A stretch of 54,476 bases of DNA from the IMG/VR virus record IMGVR_UViG_3300030450_002076, positions 1-54,476 of that record. One strand, written 5' to 3'. The position numbers and the translations under genes were made by a program. Position 1 is the first letter of the stretch. Each line of letters starts with the position of its first letter. The DNA is from a virus (lineage: Duplodnaviria > Caudoviricetes). The notes beneath the pieces were generated by a model. It saw nothing but the letters and a program-made list of their open reading frames with translations, made no database searches and was not told the DNA's origin. Positions 8,692-18,983 of this stretch are shown piece by piece.

Positions 8692-11600
8692 TTATTGTTT
8701 TTGTTGTTGTTGTTGTACTTGTTTAGGAGCCATTGTTACAAAAGCTCCATTATATTCGCCCTTTAATTGGACTAATCTTCCAGCTATAAATTGATAGTCT
8801 GCTTGTGTTGCTTGCATTTTTAATCCAAACTCTTGTAAGTATTGATTAGAGTCTGTTTGATATTTAACTATCTCAGCTTGATATTTAGCTATCTTAGATT
8901 GATTTACCTGAGTTATATTAGATAAATCCCCTTGATACTTTTGCATATTAGAATTAAAAGCTTGAGTTTTTTCTTGCAACTCACTACTAAATCTTCCTAA
9001 TTCTTTTTGAACATTTGCTTGTAATTCTGCTATATCTGCACCTGTTTCTGATTTATAAGTTTCTAAAGCTTTCATTAAAGTGTCTTTATAATTATTTACT
9101 TTAATTTGTGTTTTTTCAGATTCTGCTTGAACTTTTGTTTGAAACTCTTGTATTCTTACATTATGAAGAGATACCCATTCTTGTATCTTAGCATTGTTTT
9201 GCTGTACTTCATTATTAATCTTAGCAGTATTATCTTGTATCTCGGCTTGAAATTTTTGTATTTCTAATGAATCGAGATTGATTTTATCACCTTCTCTTTT
9301 AGAATGTAACTCAGCATTCTTTAATATTTTTTGCATTTTAGCTGCATACACTGCATTATCTCTTTGATATTTAGATTGAGCATCTTGTATTTCAGCAGTA
9401 TATACTTGCAATTTATTATTGTTTTCTCTTGTCCATAATTCTAATTCTTTTGTTAAATTCTGCTGATATTCTTGAACTTTTTGATTTATATCATTTTGTC
9501 TATCTTGTATTTTTGATTGTATTCTTTGACTATTAACAGATTGTTTTTCTAAACCTAAATTTTGATTTTCAATAGAAACCTGCAATTGTGCTTGGTATGC
9601 TACATTTTCAGCATTAAACTTTTGTGTTTCTGCCTGCACCTTAGCACCATATCTTTGCATTTCTAAAGCTTCTCTATCAACCCATTCTTTAATTTTAGCA
9701 CTATTTTCATTAATATGAGAAGTTACAGCAGTTTGATATGCTTGAACCTCAGATTGAAATTTTTGTATTTCTTGTATCTCAACTTGATTATCTAATTGAG
9801 CTTGTTGCAAAGATATTTGCAATTGAGCTTGATACGCTGCATTCTCTTTATTAAACTCAGATACCTCGTTTTGAATATCAGATTGATATTGCTGTAATTG
9901 AGTATTTCTTTCAGCTCTCCATAACTCTAAATCTTTTGTATAGCTAAGTTGCCATTCTTGAACTTTTGAATTAACATCTGCTTGATATTTTTGTACTCTA
10001 TTTTGATATCTTTGTATTTCATGTACATTAGAATTATCTGACAATTGAGCTTCTTGAGTAGCTACTTGCAAATCAGCTTGGTATACCACATTGTTTTTAT
10101 TAAAGTCATTTAAATTATTTTGTATATCAGATTGATATTTTTGTAACTCAGTTTGTCTAGCAGTAGTCCATTTAGTTAGTTCTGTTTGAGTGTTTGCTTG
10201 CCAAACTTCTATTTCTTTATTTACATCAGCTTGATATTTAGCAACTTCTGCTTGAAACTTTTGAATTTTTTGAACATCATCTTGACTGGACAGTTGGGCA
10301 TTTTGTATAGCTATCTGTAATTTCGCTTGATACTCTGTATTTTCAGTGTTAAATCTATTTAGAAGGTCTGTACCCTCCACTTGATATTTGTTGAAATAAA
10401 GTGTATTTTCTTTATTCCAAGCATCTACTTTAGTAGAGTTCTTTTGTAAAGTAGCATTAATTTGAGCTTGATAAGCTTGTATCTGTGATTGATATGCAGT
10501 ACTTTCTGCATTAACTATTGTTTGTACTTCAGCTAACTGAGCTTGTCTAATTTGTAATTTTTGTTGATACTCTTCTTTATTTTTTTCTACATTCCCTGCA
10601 TTTAATTGCACTTGAGCTTGTACTACTGCAGTATATTTCTGCAGTCTTACATTCATTTCATTTCCCCAAGCACTTAATAACGCTTGATTTTTATTGACTG
10701 TAGCAGAAATTTTAGAAGTAAACCCTTGAACTACAGCTTGGAAATTTGCAATTTCAGCTTGATTAGTTTGTACTACTTTTTGAACCTGAGCATTTAAAGT
10801 TGCAACCTGAGCATTTACTATAGATTGTTTACCTTGACTTTCATCTCTGTATTTCGCAGATAAAGCTTGCATTGATGATGAAAATACTTGAACTCTTGAA
10901 TTTTGTTCTGCAGCCCAATTTTCAATTAAACCTCTATTTTTAGTTAACTGTGCTTCAATTTCGGCAGAGTATCCTTGAACTTGATCTCTATAAGTACTAG
11001 CTTGTACTTGTGCAGCATTAATTCTTGCAGCTGCCATTTCAGCATCTTCTTCAACTGTAATCCAATTCTCTAAATCTCCCCAGTCAATATTCTTCATTAA
11101 AGGTTGAGCAGGGAAGTTATAAGTCACAGTTGGTGGATCTGGAATCGAAATCATTGTAGGTAATACAACATCAGCTGGTAATTGTATAGCATCAATACTT
11201 TGTGTAATACCACTCCAATCTAAACGTGGAGGCATTGGATCAGCTGGAAAAGACCACTCTAAAGCAGGTGGCTCTGAAAAAGCTACATCTGGTAATACAG
11301 CATCTGCAGGCATTGCTATTTCATGTAAAGCCTGTGTTACTGGACTCATATCTAAAATTGGAGCCATGGGTATAGCAGGCATACTCCACTCTATATCACT
11401 TGGAAAAGCTGTATAAGTAAGAGTAGGACTTACGTATGTTGGAGCAGGTTCTGTAAAACTAACTGAACTATCCGAAACAGAAGGTACTGTAGGCGCTGTC
11501 GCACCTACAACTAAACTGCTTATATTAGGCATACTTGTCATCGAAAGATCAGGCTGAATATACAGAGGTGCCGCAGAAGTAAAATTAATTGCAGCGCTTG

Positions 11601-12783
11601 AAATTTGCATATTAGCTATACTACTTTCAGGTAAAATTAAAGAAGCGATACTAGGCACAGATGCTAAACTAATAGTTGGTTTAGTATATCCAGGCGCACT
11701 AGTTGAAAAACTAATAGCTGTAGTATTTAAAATAGGAGCTATTGGTATATTAAAATTCTTCCATACTATAGATGGGTATGCAACAGTATTCATTGCAGGT
11801 TCTATAAAACTTGGAGGAACATGCCCGTATACAATATCATCTACCGATATATTATCATTTACCGTTATTGATGCTGTTGATAAAGATAAACTACTTATAG
11901 TGGGTGGAGATGTTAAAGTAATGCTTGGCGAAGTATATATAGGTTCTGATGGAAGTAACCCATCTTCTATAAAAGTGTTCCCTGTTAGCCAGTCTTCTAA
12001 TGCTTCAAGTATAGGTGCATTTAAAGAAACTGCTGGACTCCAAGAAATAGCAGGAAAAGAATCTATAACTAAGTTTGGAGTAATGTAGTCTGGATATTGA
12101 GATAGTCCAGAAAAATCTATGTTTGTATATGCTAAATCCGAAGGTAAATTCAAAGGATTAGGACTTAAAAATACAGGTAAAGTCTCTGTTATAGCACTTA
12201 ATATAATTTCATCAGGTGGAGTAGATATATTAATAATATTATCAGGTTCAGCTTTCAATGAAGCTAACTGACTTTCAATAGCTCTACATGCCGCAAATAA
12301 AGGAACTAACCGTATGTATTCTCTTGGAAAATGTTGCATATCATCAGATCCTTGTGTAATAGTTTCGTCATAATGTACTTGTGAAACTTTTAAAGCATTA
12401 TTACTTCCTGCGGATGCAGGTATAGAATATATCTTTTTATCTAAAACATAATAAGCTGGATTAAATTTAGATCTATATCTTAAACTATCCACATCTGAAG
12501 CATCATACCTAGATTCAGCAGGTATTGGAGTACATTCTCTTAATATAGAAGCACTATCATGCTCTCTTACTACAGAATATATTTTACCTGTTAAAGTTAT
12601 CCCGTCATTACTATCATCACTAATAGTATTAACAAATTTAGATAATTCTCCAGGATTAAGATCTTTAATCTTGTTTATAACATCAATAACACCATCTCTC
12701 AACCATTGAGTAAGTGCATTATCCGATGGAAGAGGAACGACATTAGAGCCTATTAAGTTTGATATTTGTGTTTTAAAGTCCAT
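8692..12783 (-). CDS. Large structural protein: adaptor-like N-terminus, Pro-rich repeats, Gln-rich coiled-coil repeats
   Basis: 1363 aa; P.Y..P repeats in the N-half and Q..LQ...Q.AQL...IQ.(Y/F)Q..V..YQ repeats in the C-half. Confidence 0.7.
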   Translation of the reverse strand: MDFKTQISNLIGSNVVPLPSDNALTQWLRDGVIDVINKIKDLNPGELSKFVNTISDDSNDGITLTGKIYSVVREHDSASILRECTPIPAESRYDASDVDSLRYRSKFNPAYYVLDKKIYSIPASAGSNNALKVSQVHYDETITQGSDDMQHFPREYIRLVPLFAACRAIESQLASLKAEPDNIINISTPPDEIILSAITETLPVFLSPNPLNLPSDLAYTNIDFSGLSQYPDYITPNLVIDSFPAISWSPAVSLNAPILEALEDWLTGNTFIEDGLLPSEPIYTSPSITLTSPPTISSLSLSTASITVNDNISVDDIVYGHVPPSFIEPAMNTVAYPSIVWKNFNIPIAPILNTTAISFSTSAPGYTKPTISLASVPSIASLILPESSIANMQISSAAINFTSAAPLYIQPDLSMTSMPNISSLVVGATAPTVPSVSDSSVSFTEPAPTYVSPTLTYTAFPSDIEWSMPAIPMAPILDMSPVTQALHEIAMPADAVLPDVAFSEPPALEWSFPADPMPPRLDWSGITQSIDAIQLPADVVLPTMISIPDPPTVTYNFPAQPLMKNIDWGDLENWITVEEDAEMAAARINAAQVQASTYRDQVQGYSAEIEAQLTKNRGLIENWAAEQNSRVQVFSSSMQALSAKYRDESQGKQSIVNAQVATLNAQVQKVVQTNQAEIANFQAVVQGFTSKISATVNKNQALLSAWGNEMNVRLQKYTAVVQAQVQLNAGNVEKNKEEYQQKLQIRQAQLAEVQTIVNAESTAYQSQIQAYQAQINATLQKNSTKVDAWNKENTLYFNKYQVEGTDLLNRFNTENTEYQAKLQIAIQNAQLSSQDDVQKIQKFQAEVAKYQADVNKEIEVWQANTQTELTKWTTARQTELQKYQSDIQNNLNDFNKNNVVYQADLQVATQEAQLSDNSNVHEIQRYQNRVQKYQADVNSKVQEWQLSYTKDLELWRAERNTQLQQYQSDIQNEVSEFNKENAAYQAQLQISLQQAQLDNQVEIQEIQKFQSEVQAYQTAVTSHINENSAKIKEWVDREALEMQRYGAKVQAETQKFNAENVAYQAQLQVSIENQNLGLEKQSVNSQRIQSKIQDRQNDINQKVQEYQQNLTKELELWTRENNNKLQVYTAEIQDAQSKYQRDNAVYAAKMQKILKNAELHSKREGDKINLDSLEIQKFQAEIQDNTAKINNEVQQNNAKIQEWVSLHNVRIQEFQTKVQAESEKTQIKVNNYKDTLMKALETYKSETGADIAELQANVQKELGRFSSELQEKTQAFNSNMQKYQGDLSNITQVNQSKIAKYQAEIVKYQTDSNQYLQEFGLKMQATQADYQFIAGRLVQLKGEYNGAFVTMAPKQVQQQQQKQ

Positions 12784-12794
12784 AATTTTTAATC

Positions 12795-12827
12795 GTGGTA
12801 ACCCCCTGCAAGCACAGGGGGAACCAC
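12795..12827 (-). terminator. GC-rich hairpin after the capsid genes (terminator or RNA stabiliser)
   Basis: GTGGT..CCCCCTG / CAGGGGG.ACCAC inverted repeat; no clear U-tract. Confidence 0.45.
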
Positions 12828-12846
12828 ATTGTTAACTGTTTACTAC

Positions 12847-13299
12847 CTACGATGGTATCACGGGTGTAGAACACTGTATAAGCAACCTACAACTACCTGC
12901 AGTAGAACTTTCAGCGACAACTGTCATTGAAATTCTATCAGCAGCAGAGTAAAACTTGCCTAAAGTGTTAGCACCTGCAGGTAAAGCTATTATAGTACCA
13001 GCAGCATTACCTAGTCCTGAACTATCCGCAGCTCCATCTATATCATCAAAGTATAGATCAGCATCTCCAGAATCTCCAACATCTATTTCAGTAGTTCCAG
13101 GAGTACCGCCAGAGGCAGGGACTATTGTTTCTACTTGAACTTTATGTACGAAGGTTCCAGCTGGAATATTCACACCACCTATAACATCACCATCTGCTAC
13201 ATCAGCTGCAGCAATTGATACTGTTGGACCAACTAATAGATACATTCCGTTATCTACTTTTTCGTCCGCTTTATTTTGTCCGTATAATGGATTTGCCAT
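12847..13299 (-). CDS. Putative capsid decoration/auxiliary protein
   Basis: 150 aa directly after the major capsid gene; IPAGT.V..V and IDVGD motifs of beta-sandwich virion proteins. Confidence 0.6.
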   Translation of the reverse strand: MANPLYGQNKADEKVDNGMYLLVGPTVSIAAADVADGDVIGGVNIPAGTFVHKVQVETIVPASGGTPGTTEIDVGDSGDADLYFDDIDGAADSSGLGNAAGTIIALPAGANTLGKFYSAADRISMTVVAESSTAGSCRLLIQCSTPVIPS

Positions 13300-13312
13300 T
13301 TAACTATCCTCC

Positions 13313-14854
13313 TTATACCCAAAGGGCGTGTGTTTCAGGGCAGCACCATTCCATACCAGCTTCGGTAAGGATTTGGTCAACTCTACGATCGACACCAGAG
13401 TTCTCTAAAGTTTGAACTCCTACGTAGACACCTGTGTCTCTGTTAATACCATTACCAACTAATGGACGATAAGAACAATATTTCATATTAATACCTAATA
13501 TTTTAATATTTGTTCCATCTAAGTGAACGTTTCTTACAACATTCATATCACCATAGATAGTTGAAATAGTTGTTACATCAATTCCAAACACTTTTTTCTT
13601 TCCTGCTAATGCCATATCAGCTCTTGCAGCAGACATCTCATTATGTTTATAAGATGTTGTTGCAGGTGTACCACCTGTAAATGGTTGAACTGAACCAAGA
13701 TTATTAGCAAAGTATCCAGATAATTTATGCAACCAATTGTATACTGCTGTTGAACAGAAGAATACAGTTGCTTGTGCATTGTTGTATCTTGGATCTAATA
13801 ATGATGACATATCATCAAGGAATGAGTCCTGTGTTTTTTTAGCTAAATCAAGGCTAAATGAGTTACCATAAGTTGAAATAAAGTCAACCGCACCTTGTGT
13901 TGTGTTAACAGGACTTGTAGCCTGTGAACCAAACAATAGTGATTGTTCAATATCCCATTTATGCTCAATTAACTTTTCTTTCCAGATTCTTGCCCACTCA
14001 TTTCCTTCATACTTAAGAACTGTTGCTCTATCAGTATTATTCATCACTGCTGATGTTTTCCAGATTTGAGTTTGACCTGAACCTGTGCTGAAAGGTTGAT
14101 CAGCCCATGTTTCAGGATAACCAGTTCCAGCCGCAAACGCAGAACCAACAACATAACATTTGTATGGTTCTAAAGCTTCTGCTGAAAGTGTTTTAGTTGA
14201 AGCAGCTATTGCACCAGTACCTACTACCGCGTCCACATTAGGATCCATAAATTCAACAGCTGATCCAGCACTTTTTACGCAAGTTGCATTAACTACTGCA
14301 TAATTAGATACTGATAAATCAACTGAATTTACTTTCCATAACTCATAATCAGTTGGTGTACCACTTGTATCACCTACGTTTAATTTGATTATTTGTCCTG
14401 GAACGAAGAACTTAGGTTGTGTTCCTGTTGAACCAGCAGCATAATCTAAAGTCTGACCAACTATGTTTTGAAGATTACCTTCAAAGTTATAGTCAGTAAA
14501 GAATTTAAATGAATATACGCTTGATCCAGCTACTGCTGTATGATCTGTATCTGATTGAGTATTTGGAACTGCTGCTCCATTTGCATCAAACTTCAACATA
14601 TATGCATACCTTTTACTATAAGATGATCTTCTTTCTGTAAATTTGAAAGTAGGGTCATCTGTTGGCTTTTTTGAAACCATGCTCACGAATCTGAAAAACG
14701 GATCTTGTGCTAATGCTAGTTCTGAGACTCTGTCACCAAAGTTATACTTACGTCTCAATGCACCAGTATTAATACCAGTCACTGTTCCAGTTAGGGAGCT
14801 ATGGTCTTGCTCGGAATATAAATCATTTCCGATGATTTCATTGCTATCTGCCAT
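13313..14854 (-). CDS. Major capsid protein (HK97 fold)
   Basis: 513 aa after portal and scaffold; TQIWKT, EHKWDIEQSLLFG and C-terminal DQILTEAGME...PETHA motifs typical of podoviral capsid proteins. Confidence 0.85.
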   Translation of the reverse strand: MADSNEIIGNDLYSEQDHSSLTGTVTGINTGALRRKYNFGDRVSELALAQDPFFRFVSMVSKKPTDDPTFKFTERRSSYSKRYAYMLKFDANGAAVPNTQSDTDHTAVAGSSVYSFKFFTDYNFEGNLQNIVGQTLDYAAGSTGTQPKFFVPGQIIKLNVGDTSGTPTDYELWKVNSVDLSVSNYAVVNATCVKSAGSAVEFMDPNVDAVVGTGAIAASTKTLSAEALEPYKCYVVGSAFAAGTGYPETWADQPFSTGSGQTQIWKTSAVMNNTDRATVLKYEGNEWARIWKEKLIEHKWDIEQSLLFGSQATSPVNTTQGAVDFISTYGNSFSLDLAKKTQDSFLDDMSSLLDPRYNNAQATVFFCSTAVYNWLHKLSGYFANNLGSVQPFTGGTPATTSYKHNEMSAARADMALAGKKKVFGIDVTTISTIYGDMNVVRNVHLDGTNIKILGINMKYCSYRPLVGNGINRDTGVYVGVQTLENSGVDRRVDQILTEAGMEWCCPETHALWV

Positions 14855-14913
14855 TGCCTATCTCCTTACTTATTTTAAGTTAAGTTTAGATAGACCTTAA
14901 AAAAATGTTAAGC

Positions 14914-15834
14914 CTATCCAAACAGGTTATCAACGCCCTCGTCAAGACCTAAAATCCCATCAAATATATCACTATCTGGGTTTGGAGGTCCTGCTTGACT
15001 ATTTGCTCCAGACGCGGATGCAGGCATACTTCGTACATTTTTCATTTGATTCAACATATCTGTTTTTGTAGCATTAGCAACATTCTGGTTAGCTTTTTCT
15101 TTATTTAATAAATGATATACATCATCCATCGTAAGCTTTCTAGTTTTTGCTTGTTCTACAAAATCTTGCCATTGTTCATCAGTCATATTGTGTTTCTTTT
15201 TAAAAGCTGCTGCTTCTCTCATTTTAGCCATTTTAAATTGAGTTTTTTGAGCTTCTTGCTTTTCAGAAGAAATCATTTGACTAACTCTATTTTTGACAAG
15301 ACCATCAACATGTGAATTTAAAACTTTAGCACTATTAGAGTCTGGATCAGTCATTGCTTCATTCTGATCAAACTGAAAATCCTCAGGTAAATTTAATTTA
15401 TCCTGAATAGATTTAGCTGGAGCGCCTCCGTTCATTAAATAATCTCGTACGTGTTGCACTAATCCACTGTCCTTCTTCATTGCATCCAGTACAGGAATAA
15501 ACGGCTTGAGTTCATTCAACTGTCCTTTCAGCTTAACGGCTTCTTTGCTACTGCTTTGGTAGCGTGTCTTCCAGTCGGAGCCGTTTTCCGCTGGTGGTTG
15601 CACATTATTGGAGCCTCGGTCGTTTACTGGGCGGGTTACCTGATTGGAGCCGCTATTTTGACTTTGGGTTACCTGTGTGTCTTGTATTTGTCCATTTACA
15701 CTCTGATCTAACTTCTCGAAGAAATCTGAGGAGTCTGCCTGACGATTTGGAGCTGCGACTCTAGCACTTGCTGCTTCTAATGAGTCTCCTTGCATTCCAA
15801 TCTCAGGAGAGTTACCTGCTCTTTCTGCTGCCAT
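14914..15834 (-). CDS. Capsid scaffolding protein
   Basis: 306 aa; acidic disordered N-terminus then helices (DWKTRYQSSSKEA); between portal and capsid. Confidence 0.7.
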   Translation of the reverse strand: MAAERAGNSPEIGMQGDSLEAASARVAAPNRQADSSDFFEKLDQSVNGQIQDTQVTQSQNSGSNQVTRPVNDRGSNNVQPPAENGSDWKTRYQSSSKEAVKLKGQLNELKPFIPVLDAMKKDSGLVQHVRDYLMNGGAPAKSIQDKLNLPEDFQFDQNEAMTDPDSNSAKVLNSHVDGLVKNRVSQMISSEKQEAQKTQFKMAKMREAAAFKKKHNMTDEQWQDFVEQAKTRKLTMDDVYHLLNKEKANQNVANATKTDMLNQMKNVRSMPASASGANSQAGPPNPDSDIFDGILGLDEGVDNLFG

Positions 15835-15869
15835 GTTATCTCCTTTATTACGTTATCAATGTTTCAAAG

Positions 15870-18185
15870 TTATTCTTTTTCTTTGGTTTTATCCAAATTC
15901 TTTTGAAAATCCTGTAATATCTTTTCTCTTTTAAGCTGTTGTTCCTTTTGTTTAACAAGAGCATCATTCTGCATAACATTTTGAAGAAGTTTCTGTTTAG
16001 CTTCAGTTTCTAGATATTTTTTATCCATACTTTGTTTAACTTCTTCTTTCTTTTTATTAATCTCAATAGATGCTTGGTCTACTTTAGCTTTAATACCTGC
16101 TTGTACTAATTGTCTTTCTAAAGTCTCTATAGTACCATTAAGGTCTTTAATTTGCTCATCCATAGATCCAATCCTGCCTTGCATTTGAGAGTACATACTT
16201 TTTCTTTTAGCAATATTGTTTTTATTTTTAATATCAGTTTCAGCCAATACAGCTATATCATCAACAACTCCCATTTGCATCAAGGATTTTAATTCTTCTA
16301 AATAAGCCCACCTATTAACAGGTAGAGTAGATCCTGCTACAATTCTAATATCGTAATTTAATTCTTGAATATTCATACTCTTACCAATAGCTTCTCCCAT
16401 GTCATTGTAAATTGGAACATTCATTTCTTGCTCTTTACCTTCTTGTAATTCATTTGGTTGTACTATTCTAAACTTTTTATATGCTTGATATGTAGCTTGA
16501 CAAAACTGCATAATAAGAGTTCCAGTTTGTTTTAATCCTGGTTCAATAGAAGTATTCATCCATTGTTTAATTCTTCTAGTTCCATATTCATCTAAAGCTA
16601 ACATACCTTTATATGTTTCATGTCCTTCACCAGTATCTCCCATCATAGAGCTATATATACCTGCTAAATACTCCATGTCACTTTTGCCCATTTGGACAAT
16701 TTGAAAGAAAGCATTTGATAATGGTGCTGGTACTACTGGGGTAGGTCTTTCAACACCAGGTCTAATAGGCAGTAATGCTCCAGGACTTGATGAATACTTT
16801 TCCCACAAATCAGCATCTATACTTCCTTCTTCATACATCCATCTTAATGAAGAACCTAATGAAGCATTATGCACCATAATTTGATGTGCTTTGTTTATTT
16901 CTTGCTGTTTACCTATTAAAGGTGCTACAGCACTAATAGGATAAGGAGTACCAGTCCACTTGTAATGAAATGGTATTAATGGGTATTCTTTAATGTTTTC
17001 AGGTAATACTTTCTCATAGATAACTTTATCGCCCACCACACATGTTTGCTTTAATCTAGCGCCATAAAATGGTACAGCTTCTACAATATTTTTAGCAAAT
17101 GATTCATTAGCACTTAATATCTTAAATTCTTTAGCACTAATAATTTTATTCTCTATTTGAGAAGCTTCTGCTTGTAACATACTCATGCATTCTTGCTCGT
17201 ATGATTGTAATTGTTGCTGCATCATTTTTTGAGCTTTCTCCATTTCAAGTTGATACCTTTCTTGAATCATCTCACCCTTTTGAACAGCTTCCATCATTTG
17301 TTTTTCTTGCTCTAATAATTTAACACCCATTTCAGACTCGGCTTCTTGAACCATTACTTCACATTGCTTTTTAATATTTTTAAGTGTTTCTTGATCAGGT
17401 GGTACTCTATAAAACAAGTTTACATATTCTACTTTAATCTTTTCATATACTTCAAAAAACTCACATAATTGATCTTGTTCTCCTTGAGCAGTAATTCCCA
17501 TAGAACTTTGTTCACTGCTATCATTGTGCATAAATAGCTTTTGGTCTTTATCTCCAGAAGATCGTTCACTCCAAGATTTTAAGCTGTTTTCATCACTATT
17601 AGCATTATCAATTTTCCTTTTAGCATCTGGAAATAATTTCTTTAAATGATTTTTAGGTAAAACTTTTCTAATCATAATAAATGCTGCATCTTTATATAGC
17701 ATATCTCTTGATTTAGGATCTATATAAACATCAAATGGATCTGGTTGCTGTAAAACAACTTCACCCATTCCATTATCAGCATCAGGGTCTACGGACACTA
17801 AAAGATAACCAACACCTTTTGTAACGCAATCATTAATTGCATTTGCATATAAAGTTTGTCCATTAGAATTATGAAAAATATAATCAGATAAATCTGAAAT
17901 AACTGCTGCAACATCTGTATCACTTCCTTCAGCACCTATAGCTTGCCACCTAGGATTGTTAGCTGTAGCGTAAAAGTTTAACATCTCTACAACAGGTAAA
18001 ATTCTATTAATAGTAAAAGTAGGCATACCTTGATCTTCTAAGGCTTTTTTCTCCTCTTTTTGAAGTTGTTCATCGTGAGCAAATTCATAACCTTTTTGAT
18101 TAATAAACTCCCATTGCTTTCTAGTCCAACTGTTAGCTAAATTAAATAATTGCCTTACTTCATCTACTCTTTTTTTCTTAGCCAT
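15870..18185 (-). CDS. Portal protein (P22-like)
   Basis: 771 aa; PTFTINRILPVV, DPFDVYIDP, YDIRIVAGSTLP and C-terminal coiled coil. Confidence 0.88.
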   Translation of the reverse strand: MAKKKRVDEVRQLFNLANSWTRKQWEFINQKGYEFAHDEQLQKEEKKALEDQGMPTFTINRILPVVEMLNFYATANNPRWQAIGAEGSDTDVAAVISDLSDYIFHNSNGQTLYANAINDCVTKGVGYLLVSVDPDADNGMGEVVLQQPDPFDVYIDPKSRDMLYKDAAFIMIRKVLPKNHLKKLFPDAKRKIDNANSDENSLKSWSERSSGDKDQKLFMHNDSSEQSSMGITAQGEQDQLCEFFEVYEKIKVEYVNLFYRVPPDQETLKNIKKQCEVMVQEAESEMGVKLLEQEKQMMEAVQKGEMIQERYQLEMEKAQKMMQQQLQSYEQECMSMLQAEASQIENKIISAKEFKILSANESFAKNIVEAVPFYGARLKQTCVVGDKVIYEKVLPENIKEYPLIPFHYKWTGTPYPISAVAPLIGKQQEINKAHQIMVHNASLGSSLRWMYEEGSIDADLWEKYSSSPGALLPIRPGVERPTPVVPAPLSNAFFQIVQMGKSDMEYLAGIYSSMMGDTGEGHETYKGMLALDEYGTRRIKQWMNTSIEPGLKQTGTLIMQFCQATYQAYKKFRIVQPNELQEGKEQEMNVPIYNDMGEAIGKSMNIQELNYDIRIVAGSTLPVNRWAYLEELKSLMQMGVVDDIAVLAETDIKNKNNIAKRKSMYSQMQGRIGSMDEQIKDLNGTIETLERQLVQAGIKAKVDQASIEINKKKEEVKQSMDKKYLETEAKQKLLQNVMQNDALVKQKEQQLKREKILQDFQKNLDKTKEKE

Positions 18186-18587
18186 TTATTGTTCCTTTTG
18201 TTTTATCCATTGATTATATTCATTCATTGATTGATTAATTTGTTTATTTTTACCCAACCATTGAGACATTCTGTGAGATAATACAACACCTTGCTCTAAA
18301 GAACTAACAGGCATGTAATCACCTTTTTCTAATGCATAAGATACTGCTTCATCTACATCCATTTTTTCTAATTGATCTGTTACTGTCTCTCTCACTGTGG
18401 GAACTATTATCCAACCTATATCTGGTACTTTCTCAACTGTTGTTAATAAGGATTCATCATTTGCTGTATGTAGGAAAGGCTTTTCATATGCTCTATTTAA
18501 CCATGAATATTGCATTCTAAGTGCATTTAATTCCTTATCGTCAATATCATGCATAGCCATATCTTCTTCTGTTATTAATCTATCCAT
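18186..18587 (-). CDS. Hypothetical protein
   Basis: 133 aa, tightly packed in operon. Confidence 0.65.
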   Translation of the reverse strand: MDRLITEEDMAMHDIDDKELNALRMQYSWLNRAYEKPFLHTANDESLLTTVEKVPDIGWIIVPTVRETVTDQLEKMDVDEAVSYALEKGDYMPVSSLEQGVVLSHRMSQWLGKNKQINQSMNEYNQWIKQKEQ

Positions 18588-18983
18588 TTACTTCTCCCTT
18601 ATTTCAAAATGCGGAAAGTCGTCAAACTTATTATCATCTACTTCAAAATTCATATTCCAGTCTCCTCCCCAGCGAAGAGTAATACCCATCCTACGAGCCA
18701 CCCCAAGGACGAACCCAGCAAAAAGGTGGAAACGTTCTCTATCATTCCAGTCCACAGGGTAAGGCACGACATCAACAGCGAGAGAAGGGCTAGCATTATG
18801 CCTACCTTTTGGGTAACGTACTTTAGTCTTTCCCTCTTTGTATAATTTGTTTTGCCTTTTTTCACTTCTATGCCCTTCAATGACTGAACAATCTACATAT
18901 TTAATTACTTCATTAAATACGTCTTGCAACCTTTGGTCGCATGTCGCTAGTCTTTCTTTTGATCTTTTTCCAAATCTAAACAT
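18588..18983 (-). CDS. Endolysin, peptidase M15 family (L-Ala-D-Glu peptidase-like); start MFRFGKRS at 18983
   Basis: EGHRS..RQ, RHN....AVD, LRWGGDW, DFPHFE zinc-peptidase motifs; TAATG overlap with upstream stop. Confidence 0.9.
   Translation of the reverse strand: MFRFGKRSKERLATCDQRLQDVFNEVIKYVDCSVIEGHRSEKRQNKLYKEGKTKVRYPKGRHNASPSLAVDVVPYPVDWNDRERFHLFAGFVLGVARRMGITLRWGGDWNMNFEVDDNKFDDFPHFEIREK

Noticed and set aside
8692-12783. Tape measure protein
   Set aside because: No tail tube or chaperone genes; the tail genes look podoviral and the Pro-rich half does not fit a tape measure
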